Shown here one piece after another: positions 37,995 through 46,885 of a stretch of DNA of 64,000 nucleotides. The notes beneath the pieces were generated by a model, which saw nothing but the letters and a program-made list of their open reading frames with translations, did not search any database and was not told where the DNA came from. Source of the stretch: an uncultured Gemmatimonadales bacterium (GTDB lineage Bacteria; Gemmatimonadota; Gemmatimonadetes; Gemmatimonadales; GWC2-71-9). The stretch lies in NCBI GenBank assembly GCA_963812085.1, contig CAWETL010000003.1, forward strand, positions 215,314-279,313. The letters are read 5' to 3'. Position 1 is the stretch's first letter. The number at the start of each line of letters is the position of its first letter. A program made the position numbers and the translations under genes.

Positions 37995-38732
37995 TCAATC
38001 CTTGAGGGAATATTCGACGGTCGTCACCACCCGAACCTTCTTGCCAATCTGTCCCTGCTCCTGGATCCCCGGCGCCTGGTCGCGCGCCAGGATCTCGAAG
38101 ACTCCCTGGTTGGCCCGGCGGATCCCGCCAAGGTGGCTCTTGGAGTCGGTGGCGAACTGATCCGCCGCCTCGCGGGCGCGGGAGGTGGCCTCGGCGATCA
38201 TCGCCGGCTTGAGGTCGTTGAGCCCGCTGAACACGAACGTCGGCCCGCCCGTGCCGTACTCCCCGCCCGACGAGAAGACCACCCCGGCCTGCACCAGCTC
38301 GCCCACCTTCTGGCTCGCCGCCAGCACCTTCTCCGGTTCGGTGCTCCGGACCATCAGCGTCTGGTTGATCACGTAGCGCGCGGCCACCACGTTGGAGGTG
38401 CGGTACTGGTTGGTGAAGGCGTCGGCCACCGAGAAGGACTGCAGCTCGGTGAGCGAGGTGTCGATCCCCTGCCGCACCAGGAAGGCGCGCACCAGCTTGA
38501 GCTGCGATTCCAGGCTGGCGTAGGCGCGCGGCAGGTCGTTGTCGCTCACCACGAGGCGGAGCGGCCAGAGCGCCAGGTCGGCCTTGGCATCCCGCTCCGA
38601 AATGCCCTTGACCGTCACGGAACGGTCGGCCATTCGGGCCCGGGCGATCCCTGCGCCGCCGAGCCAGCCGGCGGCGGCAAGGCCCAGCGCGATCATGATG
38701 GATGCTGTGATCACCGGTTCGGGCTTTTTCAC
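37995..38732 (-). CDS. SIMPL-domain (DUF541, YggE-like) protein
   Basis: N-terminal anchor, then a length and pattern (RSVTVKG...A.AD.A....V......A......) typical of SIMPL proteins. 245 aa. Confidence 0.6.
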   Translation of the reverse strand: MKKPEPVITASIMIALGLAAAGWLGGAGIARARMADRSVTVKGISERDAKADLALWPLRLVVSDNDLPRAYASLESQLKLVRAFLVRQGIDTSLTELQSFSVADAFTNQYRTSNVVAARYVINQTLMVRSTEPEKVLAASQKVGELVQAGVVFSSGGEYGTGGPTFVFSGLNDLKPAMIAEATSRAREAADQFATDSKSHLGGIRRANQGVFEILARDQAPGIQEQGQIGKKVRVVTTVEYSLKD

Positions 38733-38756
38733 GTCGGACTCCTGTTCGCGCTATGT

Positions 38757-38877
38757 GATCGTCACCCCGGCGCAAGCCTGATCGTCACCCCGGCGCAAGC
38801 CTGATCGTCACCCCGGCGCAAGCCGGGGCCAGTGCGCTCGTACCGGCTGGATTCCGGCTTGCGCCGGAATGACGGGC
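38757..38877. repeat. Family-A palindromic element with a triplicated left arm
   Basis: GATCGTCACCCCGGCGCAAGCCT x3 (23-nt period), then the loop and right arm CTGGATTCCGGCTTGCGCCGGAATGACGG. Confidence 0.85.
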
Positions 38878-38902
38878 GGCCCCACTGCTCCGCGTCGCCG
38901 CC

Positions 38903-40660
38903 TCAGACCTCCAGCTGTTCCTCGATCTCCTGCCGCTTGAGCAGTTCCCAGTACCTTCCGCCCGCCGCGAGCAGATCCGTGTGCACGCCCTGCTCGACGA
39001 TCATCCCGCCGTCCAGCACGATGATCCAGTCGGCGTCGCGCACCGCGGCGAGGCGGTGGGAGATGATGATGCTGGTTCGGCCGGCCAGCGCGTCGCGGAG
39101 CCCGGTCAGGATCCGCGCCTCGGTGTGGGCGTCCACCGCGCTCAGCGCGTCGTCCAGCAGGAAGACCGGCGGGTCCTGCGCCAGCGCCCGCGCGATGGCC
39201 GCCCGCTGCTTCTGCCCGCCCGAGAGGTTGATGCCCCGCTCGCCCAGCATGGTGTCGTAGCCGTTCGGGAGGTCGGGCAGCGCCTCGGCGAGCTGCGACA
39301 CCTCGGCCACGCGCTCGAGCCGGCCGTCGTCCGGGGCGCCGAGGAGGATGTTCTCCCGCACGGTGGCGCTGAAGAGGAAGGTCTCCTGCGGCACCACGCC
39401 GAGGTTCCTCCGCAGCTCCTCGAGCGAGAGGGCACGGGTGTCCACGCCGTCCAGCAGGATCCGGCCGCGGTCGGGGTCATAGCTCCGCGCGATCAGTTCG
39501 GCCACCGTGGACTTGCCTGATCCGGTGGCGCCGACGATGGCCAGCGACTGCCCCGGCTCCACCCGGAACGAGACGTCCTGCAGCACCCACCCCCGGTCCA
39601 CCGCGCCGGGGTAGCGGAACCAGACGCCCTCGAGCGCCAGGCCGCGCGCGCCGCGCCGGGGCGGCAGCACCGCGGGAGCGGCGGGCGAGGAGATCGCGGG
39701 GCGCTCGTGGAAGAGGGCGTTGATGCGGCCCATGGCCGCTTCCCCCCGCTGCACCAGGTTCACGGCCCAGCCCAGGGCGATCATCGGCCAGACCAGCATC
39801 ATCAGGTACACCCCGAACGCCACGTACTCGCCGACGCTCACCGCACCGGAGATCACCAGCCGGCCGCCGACCGCAAGCACCACGACGCCGCCCAGCCCGC
39901 CGAGGAGCGCCAGCAGGGGATGGAAGGCGCCCTGCGCCCGCGCGAGCGAGATGTTGCGGTCGAAGTACTCGTCGTTGAGCTGCCGGAACTGGTCGGATTC
40001 GGCGCGCTCCTGCCGGTAGGCCCGGACGATCCGGACGCCCGAGAGATTCTCGTGCACGTGGCTGGTGAGGACGCCGAACTGGTCCTGGATGGCCAGCGAG
40101 CGGTTGTGGATCTGCTGCCCCAGCGACATCATCACCAGCGGCAGGCCGAGGAGCGGCGTCAGGGCGAGCAGGGTGAGCTTGGGGCTCATGGCCAGCATGA
40201 CCGGCAGGACCAGTGCGATCCGCACCGCCGTGTCCACCGTGTACATGAGGGCGGGGCCGGCGGCCATCCGGGCGGAGAGCAGGTCGTTGGTGGACCGCGC
40301 CATGAGGTCGCCGGTCGAGGCGCGGTCGTAGAATGCGGGGGAGAGCCGCTGGAGCTTCTGGAAGAGGTCGTTGCGGAGGTCGTATTCCACCCGGCGGCTG
40401 CCGCTGTTGAGCAGCTGCCGCATGCCGTAACGGGCCAGGCCACCGAGGAGGGTGACGCCCACCAGGAGGGCGGCGACCCGGGCGACGGCCCCACCCGGGG
40501 CCCCGCCATCGATCAGGTTGATCCCGCGCTCCAGGATCTTTGGCCCCGCCGTGATCAGTGTGTTCGAGATCACGACACAAACCATGCCGACCGCGTATGT
40601 TCTACGGTAGTTGGCGAGGTAGGGCCGGAGCGCGCGGAGTTCCTTCAGCATATCTTGCAA
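38903..40660 (-). CDS. ABC exporter, fused permease/ATPase (MsbA/ABCB-like)
   Basis: Six-helix N-terminal domain. Walker A GATGSGKST, signature LSGGQKQR and Walker B VFLLDDALSAVD. Confidence 0.9.
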   Translation of the reverse strand: MQDMLKELRALRPYLANYRRTYAVGMVCVVISNTLITAGPKILERGINLIDGGAPGGAVARVAALLVGVTLLGGLARYGMRQLLNSGSRRVEYDLRNDLFQKLQRLSPAFYDRASTGDLMARSTNDLLSARMAAGPALMYTVDTAVRIALVLPVMLAMSPKLTLLALTPLLGLPLVMMSLGQQIHNRSLAIQDQFGVLTSHVHENLSGVRIVRAYRQERAESDQFRQLNDEYFDRNISLARAQGAFHPLLALLGGLGGVVVLAVGGRLVISGAVSVGEYVAFGVYLMMLVWPMIALGWAVNLVQRGEAAMGRINALFHERPAISSPAAPAVLPPRRGARGLALEGVWFRYPGAVDRGWVLQDVSFRVEPGQSLAIVGATGSGKSTVAELIARSYDPDRGRILLDGVDTRALSLEELRRNLGVVPQETFLFSATVRENILLGAPDDGRLERVAEVSQLAEALPDLPNGYDTMLGERGINLSGGQKQRAAIARALAQDPPVFLLDDALSAVDAHTEARILTGLRDALAGRTSIIISHRLAAVRDADWIIVLDGGMIVEQGVHTDLLAAGGRYWELLKRQEIEEQLEV

Positions 40661-40710
40661 TGTCGCCGGGTGCGGCCGCGCCCGGCAAGTTGACTCTACA
40701 GGAGACCCCC

Positions 40711-41487
40711 ATGAGAGCGATCGTCGCCACCCTTTGCGTCCTGTCCCTCGCCGCCTGCGGCGGCAAGGACAAGGCCAATCAAGCCACTGCCGACAGCCTG
40801 AGCCGCGACCTCCAGATGGCGCAGCACGACTCCACCATGCCGATGAAGGACACCGCCGCGGCGGCGCCTGCGCCGGCTGGTGCGGCCACCCCGGCGCCGA
40901 CCACGCCCGCCGCCGCCCCGAAGCCGAAGCCGGCCGCTCCGAAGCCGGCCGCCCCGAAGCCCGCCCCGTCGCTGGCCGCCGGCACCAACTTCTCGGCCGC
41001 CGCCAAGGACTCCGTGAGTTCGCGGACCACCAAGGCGGGTGCGACGATGGTGGCCACGGTCGGCGAGGCCGTGACCGCCGCCGATGGCCGGGTCGTCATT
41101 CCGGCCGGCTCCACGGTCACCATCCGGCTCGACCAGTTCAAGTCGGCGGGCTCGAAGGGCGGCAAGGAGACGTTCGCCGCCTCGCTGGTGTCGGTGGACG
41201 TGAACGGCGTCACCTACCCGATCACCGGGACGGTGGACCACATGACCTACACCCTGAAGGGGCGGGGCATCACGACGGGCACGGCGGCCAAGGTCGGCGC
41301 CGGCGCCGCGGCCGGCGCGCTCCTCGGCAAGGCCATCGGCGGCAATGCGACGGGTGCGATCGTCGGTGGCGTGGCCGGCGCTGCAGGCGGCGCGGCCGTG
41401 GCAAACGAAACGGGCGACCAGGACATCACCATCCTGCCCGGTGCCGCGATCACGATGACGGTGACAGCGCCGTTTACCGCCAAGTAG
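40711..41487 (+). CDS. Lipoprotein with an Ala/Pro-rich linker and a C-terminal glycine-zipper segment
   Basis: Lipobox LSLAAC at ATG 40711. (AAPKP)n linker. GAGAAAGALLGKAIGGNATGAIVGGVAGAAGGAAV. Confidence 0.6.
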   Translation: MRAIVATLCVLSLAACGGKDKANQATADSLSRDLQMAQHDSTMPMKDTAAAAPAPAGAATPAPTTPAAAPKPKPAAPKPAAPKPAPSLAAGTNFSAAAKDSVSSRTTKAGATMVATVGEAVTAADGRVVIPAGSTVTIRLDQFKSAGSKGGKETFAASLVSVDVNGVTYPITGTVDHMTYTLKGRGITTGTAAKVGAGAAAGALLGKAIGGNATGAIVGGVAGAAGGAAVANETGDQDITILPGAAITMTVTAPFTAK

Positions 41488-41495
41488 CGCGGGGC

Positions 41496-41535
41496 GGGGA
41501 TGTAGGGGCGCACAGCTGTGCGCCCCTACATCCCC
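41496..41535. repeat. REP palindrome GGGGATGTAGGGGCGCAC-AGCT-GTGCGCCCCTACATCCCC
   Basis: 18-nt perfect arms with the same core as the RAYT-flanking REPs. Lies between convergent genes. Confidence 0.85.
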
Positions 41536-41550
41536 GCTTCCCCGCCTTTT

Positions 41551-43257
41551 TCAGTATCCCGAGCCACCCCCACCATACCGCGGGTCGCTGACGCCCTGCC
41601 AACCCGTCGGCGTCCTGATGATCGCCTCGACGTCGCCGCTGGTGCCGCCCTCCGACACCTGGTGCCCCATCTTCCGGAGCGCATCCAGCGTGGCGGGCTG
41701 GAACCCGCCGCGCTCCACCCGGATCACGTCGGGCAGCCCCTGGTCGTGCAGCCGCGGCGCCGAGACGGCGTCGGCCAGGCTCATGTGGTGGTCGATCACG
41801 TTGCTGATGACGTGATAGACCATCGTGATGATCCGCGGGCCCCCCGGCGTGCCCACCACCATGAGCAGCTTGCCGTCCGGCCCGATCACCAAGCTGGGGG
41901 CCATCGCCGAGAGCGGGCGCTTGCCCGGCTGGATCGCGTTGGAGTCGCCCTGCACCAGTCCGTACATGTTGGGGCGGCCGGGGGCGCTCGCGAGGTCGTC
42001 CATCTCGTCGTTGAGCAGGAAGCCGCCGCCGGTCACCGTCACCCCGCTGCCGTAGCTGTTGTTGAGCGTCGTCGTGATGCTCACCGCGTTCCCCTCGGCG
42101 TCCACGATCGAGTAGTGCGTGGTGGAGGGGCCGTCCTTGATCCCGGGCGTGAGTTCGGTGGCGGGCGTGGCGCGCTTCGGATCGATCGTGGCGCGCCGCT
42201 CGGCGGCGTAGCTCTTGGAGAGCATCTGGTCGAGCGGATTGTGCACGAAGCCGGGGTCGCCCATGTACGCGTTCCGGTCCATGAAGGCCCGCGCCATCGC
42301 CTCGGATTCGAGGTGCATGAGCTGCGCCGAGCCGAAGGGGGGAAGGGGGGAATATCCTTCCATGATGTTGAGGATCTCTCCCATCGTGGTGCCGCCGGAG
42401 CTCGACGGGGGCATCGAGTAGACGGTGTCCCCCCGATAGGGAACGACGACCGGGTCCCGCCAGTACGTCTTGTAGGCGGCCAGGTCGGCGTGCGAGATGA
42501 GCCCGCCGCTCCGCTCCATCTCCGCCACGATGAGGTCGGCCACCCGGCCGGTGTAGAAGCCGGCGGCGCCCTTGTCGCGGATGGCCTCGAGGGTGCGGCC
42601 GAGGTCCTTCTGCACCAGCATGGTGCCGGGCTGCGGCGGCGCGTTGTTCGGGAGGAACTGCGCGCGCGACGCGGGGAAGAGGTAGAGCCGCGACATTGCG
42701 TCGCCGATCGACTGGAAGCGGAAGCTGTCCACGAGGTAGCCCTCGTTGGCCAGCGTGATCGCGGGGTTGATCACCTGCGCAAAGGGCAGGCGGCCGAAGC
42801 GGCGGTGCATCTCCACCAGCCCGGCCGGCGAGCCGGGCACCGCCACCGCCAGCGCGCCGGTGAGGCTCAGGTCGGAGGGGTCGCCGTCGGGCTCGAGGTA
42901 CATGTCGCGGGTGGCGCCGGAGGGCGCCTCCTCGCGGTAGTCGAGCGCGTAGGCCTTGCCGTCGGCCGTGCGGTACATCAGGAAGCCGCCGCCGCCGATG
43001 TTGCCGGCCTCGGGGTGCACCACCGCCAGCGCGAAGCCCACGGCCACCGCCGCGTCGATCGCGTTGCCGCCCTGTTGCAGGATGTCGCGGCCGACCTGGC
43101 TGGCGAGCGGGCTCCCCGAGACGACCACGCCGTGCGCGGCGTCGGTGATCCGGTCCTTGCCGGTGAATGTCCAGGTGCTGGCGATGCCGGAGGGCTGGGG
43201 CCCGGCGCAGGCCGCGAGCGAGAGGACCAGCAGGGCGCTGAGGTGGCGATGGGTCAC
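41551..43257 (-). CDS. ggt: Gamma-glutamyltranspeptidase
   Basis: Lipoprotein signal LSLAAC. Autoprocessing site ...GPSTTHYSIVD. GGFLLNDEMDDF-like block. 568 aa. Confidence 0.9.
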   Translation of the reverse strand: MTHRHLSALLVLSLAACAGPQPSGIASTWTFTGKDRITDAAHGVVVSGSPLASQVGRDILQQGGNAIDAAVAVGFALAVVHPEAGNIGGGGFLMYRTADGKAYALDYREEAPSGATRDMYLEPDGDPSDLSLTGALAVAVPGSPAGLVEMHRRFGRLPFAQVINPAITLANEGYLVDSFRFQSIGDAMSRLYLFPASRAQFLPNNAPPQPGTMLVQKDLGRTLEAIRDKGAAGFYTGRVADLIVAEMERSGGLISHADLAAYKTYWRDPVVVPYRGDTVYSMPPSSSGGTTMGEILNIMEGYSPLPPFGSAQLMHLESEAMARAFMDRNAYMGDPGFVHNPLDQMLSKSYAAERRATIDPKRATPATELTPGIKDGPSTTHYSIVDAEGNAVSITTTLNNSYGSGVTVTGGGFLLNDEMDDLASAPGRPNMYGLVQGDSNAIQPGKRPLSAMAPSLVIGPDGKLLMVVGTPGGPRIITMVYHVISNVIDHHMSLADAVSAPRLHDQGLPDVIRVERGGFQPATLDALRKMGHQVSEGGTSGDVEAIIRTPTGWQGVSDPRYGGGGSGY

Positions 43258-43377
43258 GGGAACCTCGTGAAGGCAGGCCCGGGGGCGGAGGTTGCCCCGG
43301 AGTGAAAGGATGCCCTAATTTAGCGAAGTCGCCCTCGCGGCAAGTCTCATCCTTCATTCCCCGGTCCAGGTGCCCCC

Positions 43378-44292
43378 GTGCGCGATCCCAGGCTCACCGA
43401 GCGGCGGAACCCCCGGACCGCGGCGATCGACACCGCCTCCGCGCTCGACATCGTGGACCTGATGGCGGCGGAGGACGCCGAGGTGCCCGCCGCCGTGGCC
43501 CGCGCCCGGGAGCCGATCGCCCGCACCATCGACCTCATCGAGGCCGCCTTCCGCGCCGGAGGGCGGCTGTTCTATGTCGGCGCCGGCACCAGCGGACGGC
43601 TCGGCGTGCTCGACGCCTCCGAATGCCCGCCGACCTTCGGCAGCCCGCCGGAGATGGTCCAGGGCATCATCGCCGGCGGGCTCCCGGCGCTGGTCACGTC
43701 GATCGAAGGCGCCGAGGACAGCCTCGACGCCGGCGCCGCCGCCATCGACGAGCGCCAGGTGTCCGCCACCGACGTGGTGGTGGGCATCGCCGCCAGCGGC
43801 ACGACGCCGTTCGTCGGCGCCGCGCTGGGACGCGCCCAGGCCCTCGGCGCCAGGACGGTCTTCCTGAGCTGCAGCGATCCGCCGAAGGCCCTGCGCGAAA
43901 GCTGCGACGTGTGCATCACGGTGCCGGTCGGCCCCGAGGTGGTGACCGGCTCCACCCGGCTCAAGGCGGGCACCGCCACCAAGCTGGTGCTCAACATGCT
44001 CACCACCGGCGCGATGATCCGGATCGGGAAGACCTACGGCAACCTGATGGTGGACCTCCAGGTCCGGAACCAGAAGCTGGTGGACCGCGGCGAGCGGATC
44101 GTGATGGAGGTGGCCGGTGTGCCGCGGGACAAGGCGAAGGCGGCGCTCGAGGGCGCGGGCGGCAGCGTGCGCACCGCGATCGTCATGGTGCGCGCCGGCG
44201 TCGATCGCGCGGAGGCGGAGCGGCGCATCGCGCAGGCGGGCGGCCGGCTCCGCGGCATCCTGGGCGACCCGCCGCCGGTGGAACACGCCTGA
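43378..44292 (+). CDS. murQ: N-acetylmuramic acid 6-phosphate etherase
   Basis: SIS-domain pattern LFYVGAGTSGRLGVLDASECPPTFG...TGSTRLKAGTATK. Confidence 0.9.
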   Translation: MRDPRLTERRNPRTAAIDTASALDIVDLMAAEDAEVPAAVARAREPIARTIDLIEAAFRAGGRLFYVGAGTSGRLGVLDASECPPTFGSPPEMVQGIIAGGLPALVTSIEGAEDSLDAGAAAIDERQVSATDVVVGIAASGTTPFVGAALGRAQALGARTVFLSCSDPPKALRESCDVCITVPVGPEVVTGSTRLKAGTATKLVLNMLTTGAMIRIGKTYGNLMVDLQVRNQKLVDRGERIVMEVAGVPRDKAKAALEGAGGSVRTAIVMVRAGVDRAEAERRIAQAGGRLRGILGDPPPVEHA

Positions 44293-45396
44293 TGGAACGC
44301 GCCTCGCTGATGGTCGGGCTCATGTCGGGCACCTCGCTCGACGGGATGGACGCCGCCCTGGTGCGCCTCGACCGGGCCCACCCGCGCGGAGCTGCTTGCC
44401 TTCGCGTCCCGGCGGTACGACGCCGGCGAGCGCGCCGCGCTCCGCGCCGCGGTGTCGGGCCCGACCGCGCCGGCCGACCTGGCCCGGCTCCACGTGCAGC
44501 TCGGCGAGTGGGCGGCCGAGGCGGTGCAGTCGGTGCTGCACGCCGGCGGCGTGCGGGCCGACCAGGTGGACGGCATCGCCTTTCCGGGGCAGACCATCTG
44601 GCACCAGCCGCCGCTGGTGAGCTGGCAGCTGGGCGAGCCGGCGGTGCTCGCCGAGCGGTTCGGGGTGCGCGTGGTGAGCGGCTTCCGGGCGCGCGACGTG
44701 GCGGCGGGCGGGCAGGGCGCCCCGCTGGTGCCGATGGCCGACCTGCTGCTGTTCTCGAGCGCGACCAAGAACCGGGTGCTGCTCAACCTCGGCGGGATGG
44801 CCAACCTGACATACGTGCCGCGGGGCGGAGTGGAGGAGGGTGCCATCGCCTTCGACACCGGGCCCGGCGTGGCGGTCATCGACGGGGTGGCCCGCCGGGT
44901 CGATCCCGCCCTGAGCTGCGATCTCGACGGCAAGCTCGCGGCCCGGGGGCGGCCCAACGAGGACCTGCTCACGGAGCTGTTGTCCCATCCGTTCCTGCAT
45001 GGGCCGCCGCCCAAGAGCACCGGCCGCGAACACTTCGGCGAGGCGTTCGCCGAGGAGATCCACCGGCGCTGCCCAGGGCCCGACGGCGTGGCCACGGCAG
45101 TGGAGTATACGGCCCGGTCGGTGGCCGACGCGGTGCAGCGCTGGATGCCGACCGCGGAAGAGGTCGTGGCCTCGGGCGGCGGCGTCCACCATCCGGGGCT
45201 CTTCCGCGCGCTCGCCGGGCACCTGGCGCCGCTCCCGCTCCTGCGGTTCGATTCGCTCTACTTCGACGGCGACGCCAAGGAAGCGGCCGCCTTCGCCCTC
45301 CTGGGGTACCTCACGCTGCACGGCCAGCCCGGCAACCTCCCCGCCGCCACCGGCGCCCGCGGCGCCCGCGTCCTCGGCTCCATCACGCCTCCGTGA
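44292..45396 (+). pseudogene. anmK: Anhydro-N-acetylmuramic acid kinase, +1 frame break near 44370-44385
   Basis: ATG 44292 (ATGA overlap with murQ) gives MERASLMVGLMSGTSLDGMDAALVRLD. It continues one frame over as ...RAELLAFASRRYDAGERAALRAAV...FRARDVAAGGQGAPLVP... Confidence 0.8.
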
Positions 45397-46885
45397 TTCA
45401 TGGCCGCCTGATCCTCCCCGCGCTCCGCTGGCGGGACGACACCGGCTTCGCCCACGAGGCGGGCACCATCGCCGCGGCGCTCGGCTTCGGCGCGGGCGGG
45501 TTCATCCTCTTCGGCGGCCGGCCCGACGCGGTCCGCGCGCTGACCGCCGAACTACGCGAGCGCGCCGGCCGGCCGCTCCTCATCGCCGCCGACCTCGAAC
45601 GCGGGGCGGGCCAGCAGTTTCCGGGGCTCACCGAGTTTCCGCCCCCCGGCGCGCTGGCTTCGCTCGACGATCCCGGCGCCATCCGCGCCGCCGCGTCCAC
45701 CACGGCGAGGGAGGCGCTCTCCCTCGGGATCAACTGGGTGCTCGCGCCCGTCGCCGACCTCGACGTCGAGCCCGCCAATCCCATCGTGCAGTCGCGATCG
45801 TTCGGCGCCGATCCCGCGCAGGTGGCGGACGCCGTCGCGACCTGGGTCGAGGCCTGCCAGGCGGCGGGCGCGCTCGCGTGCGTCAAGCATTTTCCCGGGC
45901 ACGGCCGCACCACGCGCGACTCGCACGACCACCTGCCCACGGTGGAGGCCGACCTGGCCACCCTCGAGCGGACCGACCTGGTCCCGTTCCAGCGCGGCAT
46001 CGCGAGCGGCGTGGCCACCGTGATGACCGGACATCTCCGGGTGCCGGCGCTCGATCCCTCGGGCGCACCGGCCACCTTTTCCGCGCCGATCCTCGGGTAC
46101 CTGCGGAAGCAGCTGCACTTCGACGGCCTGATCGTGACGGACGCGCTCATGATGGGCGCGGCGGCCACCGGAGCGGCGGGGTCGCCGGCGGTGCGGGCGC
46201 TGGCGGCGGGCTGCGACCTGCTCTGCTATCCCGGCGGATCCGATCGCGGCGCATGGCGGCGATCCAGGCGGCGATCGCGGACGGGACGTTGAGCCGGGAG
46301 CGGGTGATCGAGGCGATCGGGGGGTATGAGGAGGCGCTGGCACGCGTGACCCGCGCGGCGGGGAGACAGGAACGCGGGGGAGAGCGTCATCCCGGCGGAA
46401 GCCGGGATCCAGCGGGTCCGGATCAACTGGACCCCGGCTTTCGCCGGGGTGACGGAGGGGCCTTGGCGATGGACATCGCCGATCGCGTCGTCGCCCGTGG
46501 CCTCCTTCGCGGCGACGCGCCGCGGCTTCGGTCTCCCCTCGACGTCGTCATCGTGGACGACGACCAGGGCGGCGCGTGGCCCGCCTCCCCGAACACGTAC
46601 GTGACGCTGGCGCTGCAGGACGCGCACGTGGCGCTGGGGCCGGGCGGCAGCCGGATCGTGCTGGCGTTCGCCGAGCCGAGGGCGTCGAAGGGCAGGGCAG
46701 GGTTCGGGGCGGAGTCGCTCGAGGTGCTGGAGGGGTTCGCCCGCGAGGCCGACGCGGTGATCCTCTTCGGGCATCCGCGGCTCGCGGCCCAGGTGCCGCG
46801 CGGCGCGCCGCTCCTGGTGGCCTGGCACCGGCAGCGCCTGATGCAGGAGGCGGCGGCGCGCTGGATCCTGGAGCGGCTGGCGTGA
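45393..46885 (+). pseudogene. nagZ: Beta-N-acetylhexosaminidase NagZ (GH3) with a C-terminal extension, two +1 frame breaks (about 46230 and 46252)
   Basis: GTG 45393 overlaps the anmK stop. KHFPGHGRTTRDSH and VMTGHL GH3 blocks. The reading path is ...CDLLCY | PADPIAA | MAAIQAAIADGTLS... across three frames. The ORF then runs through a family-A repeat to 46885. Confidence 0.75.
46385..46455. repeat. Family-A palindromic element (1 left + 1 right arm) lying inside the nagZ open frame
   Basis: CGTCATCCCGGCGGAAGCCGGGATCCAG...CTGGACCCCGGCTTTCGCCGGGGTGACGG, translated in frame as HPGGSRDPAGPDQLDPGFRRGD. Confidence 0.85.
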
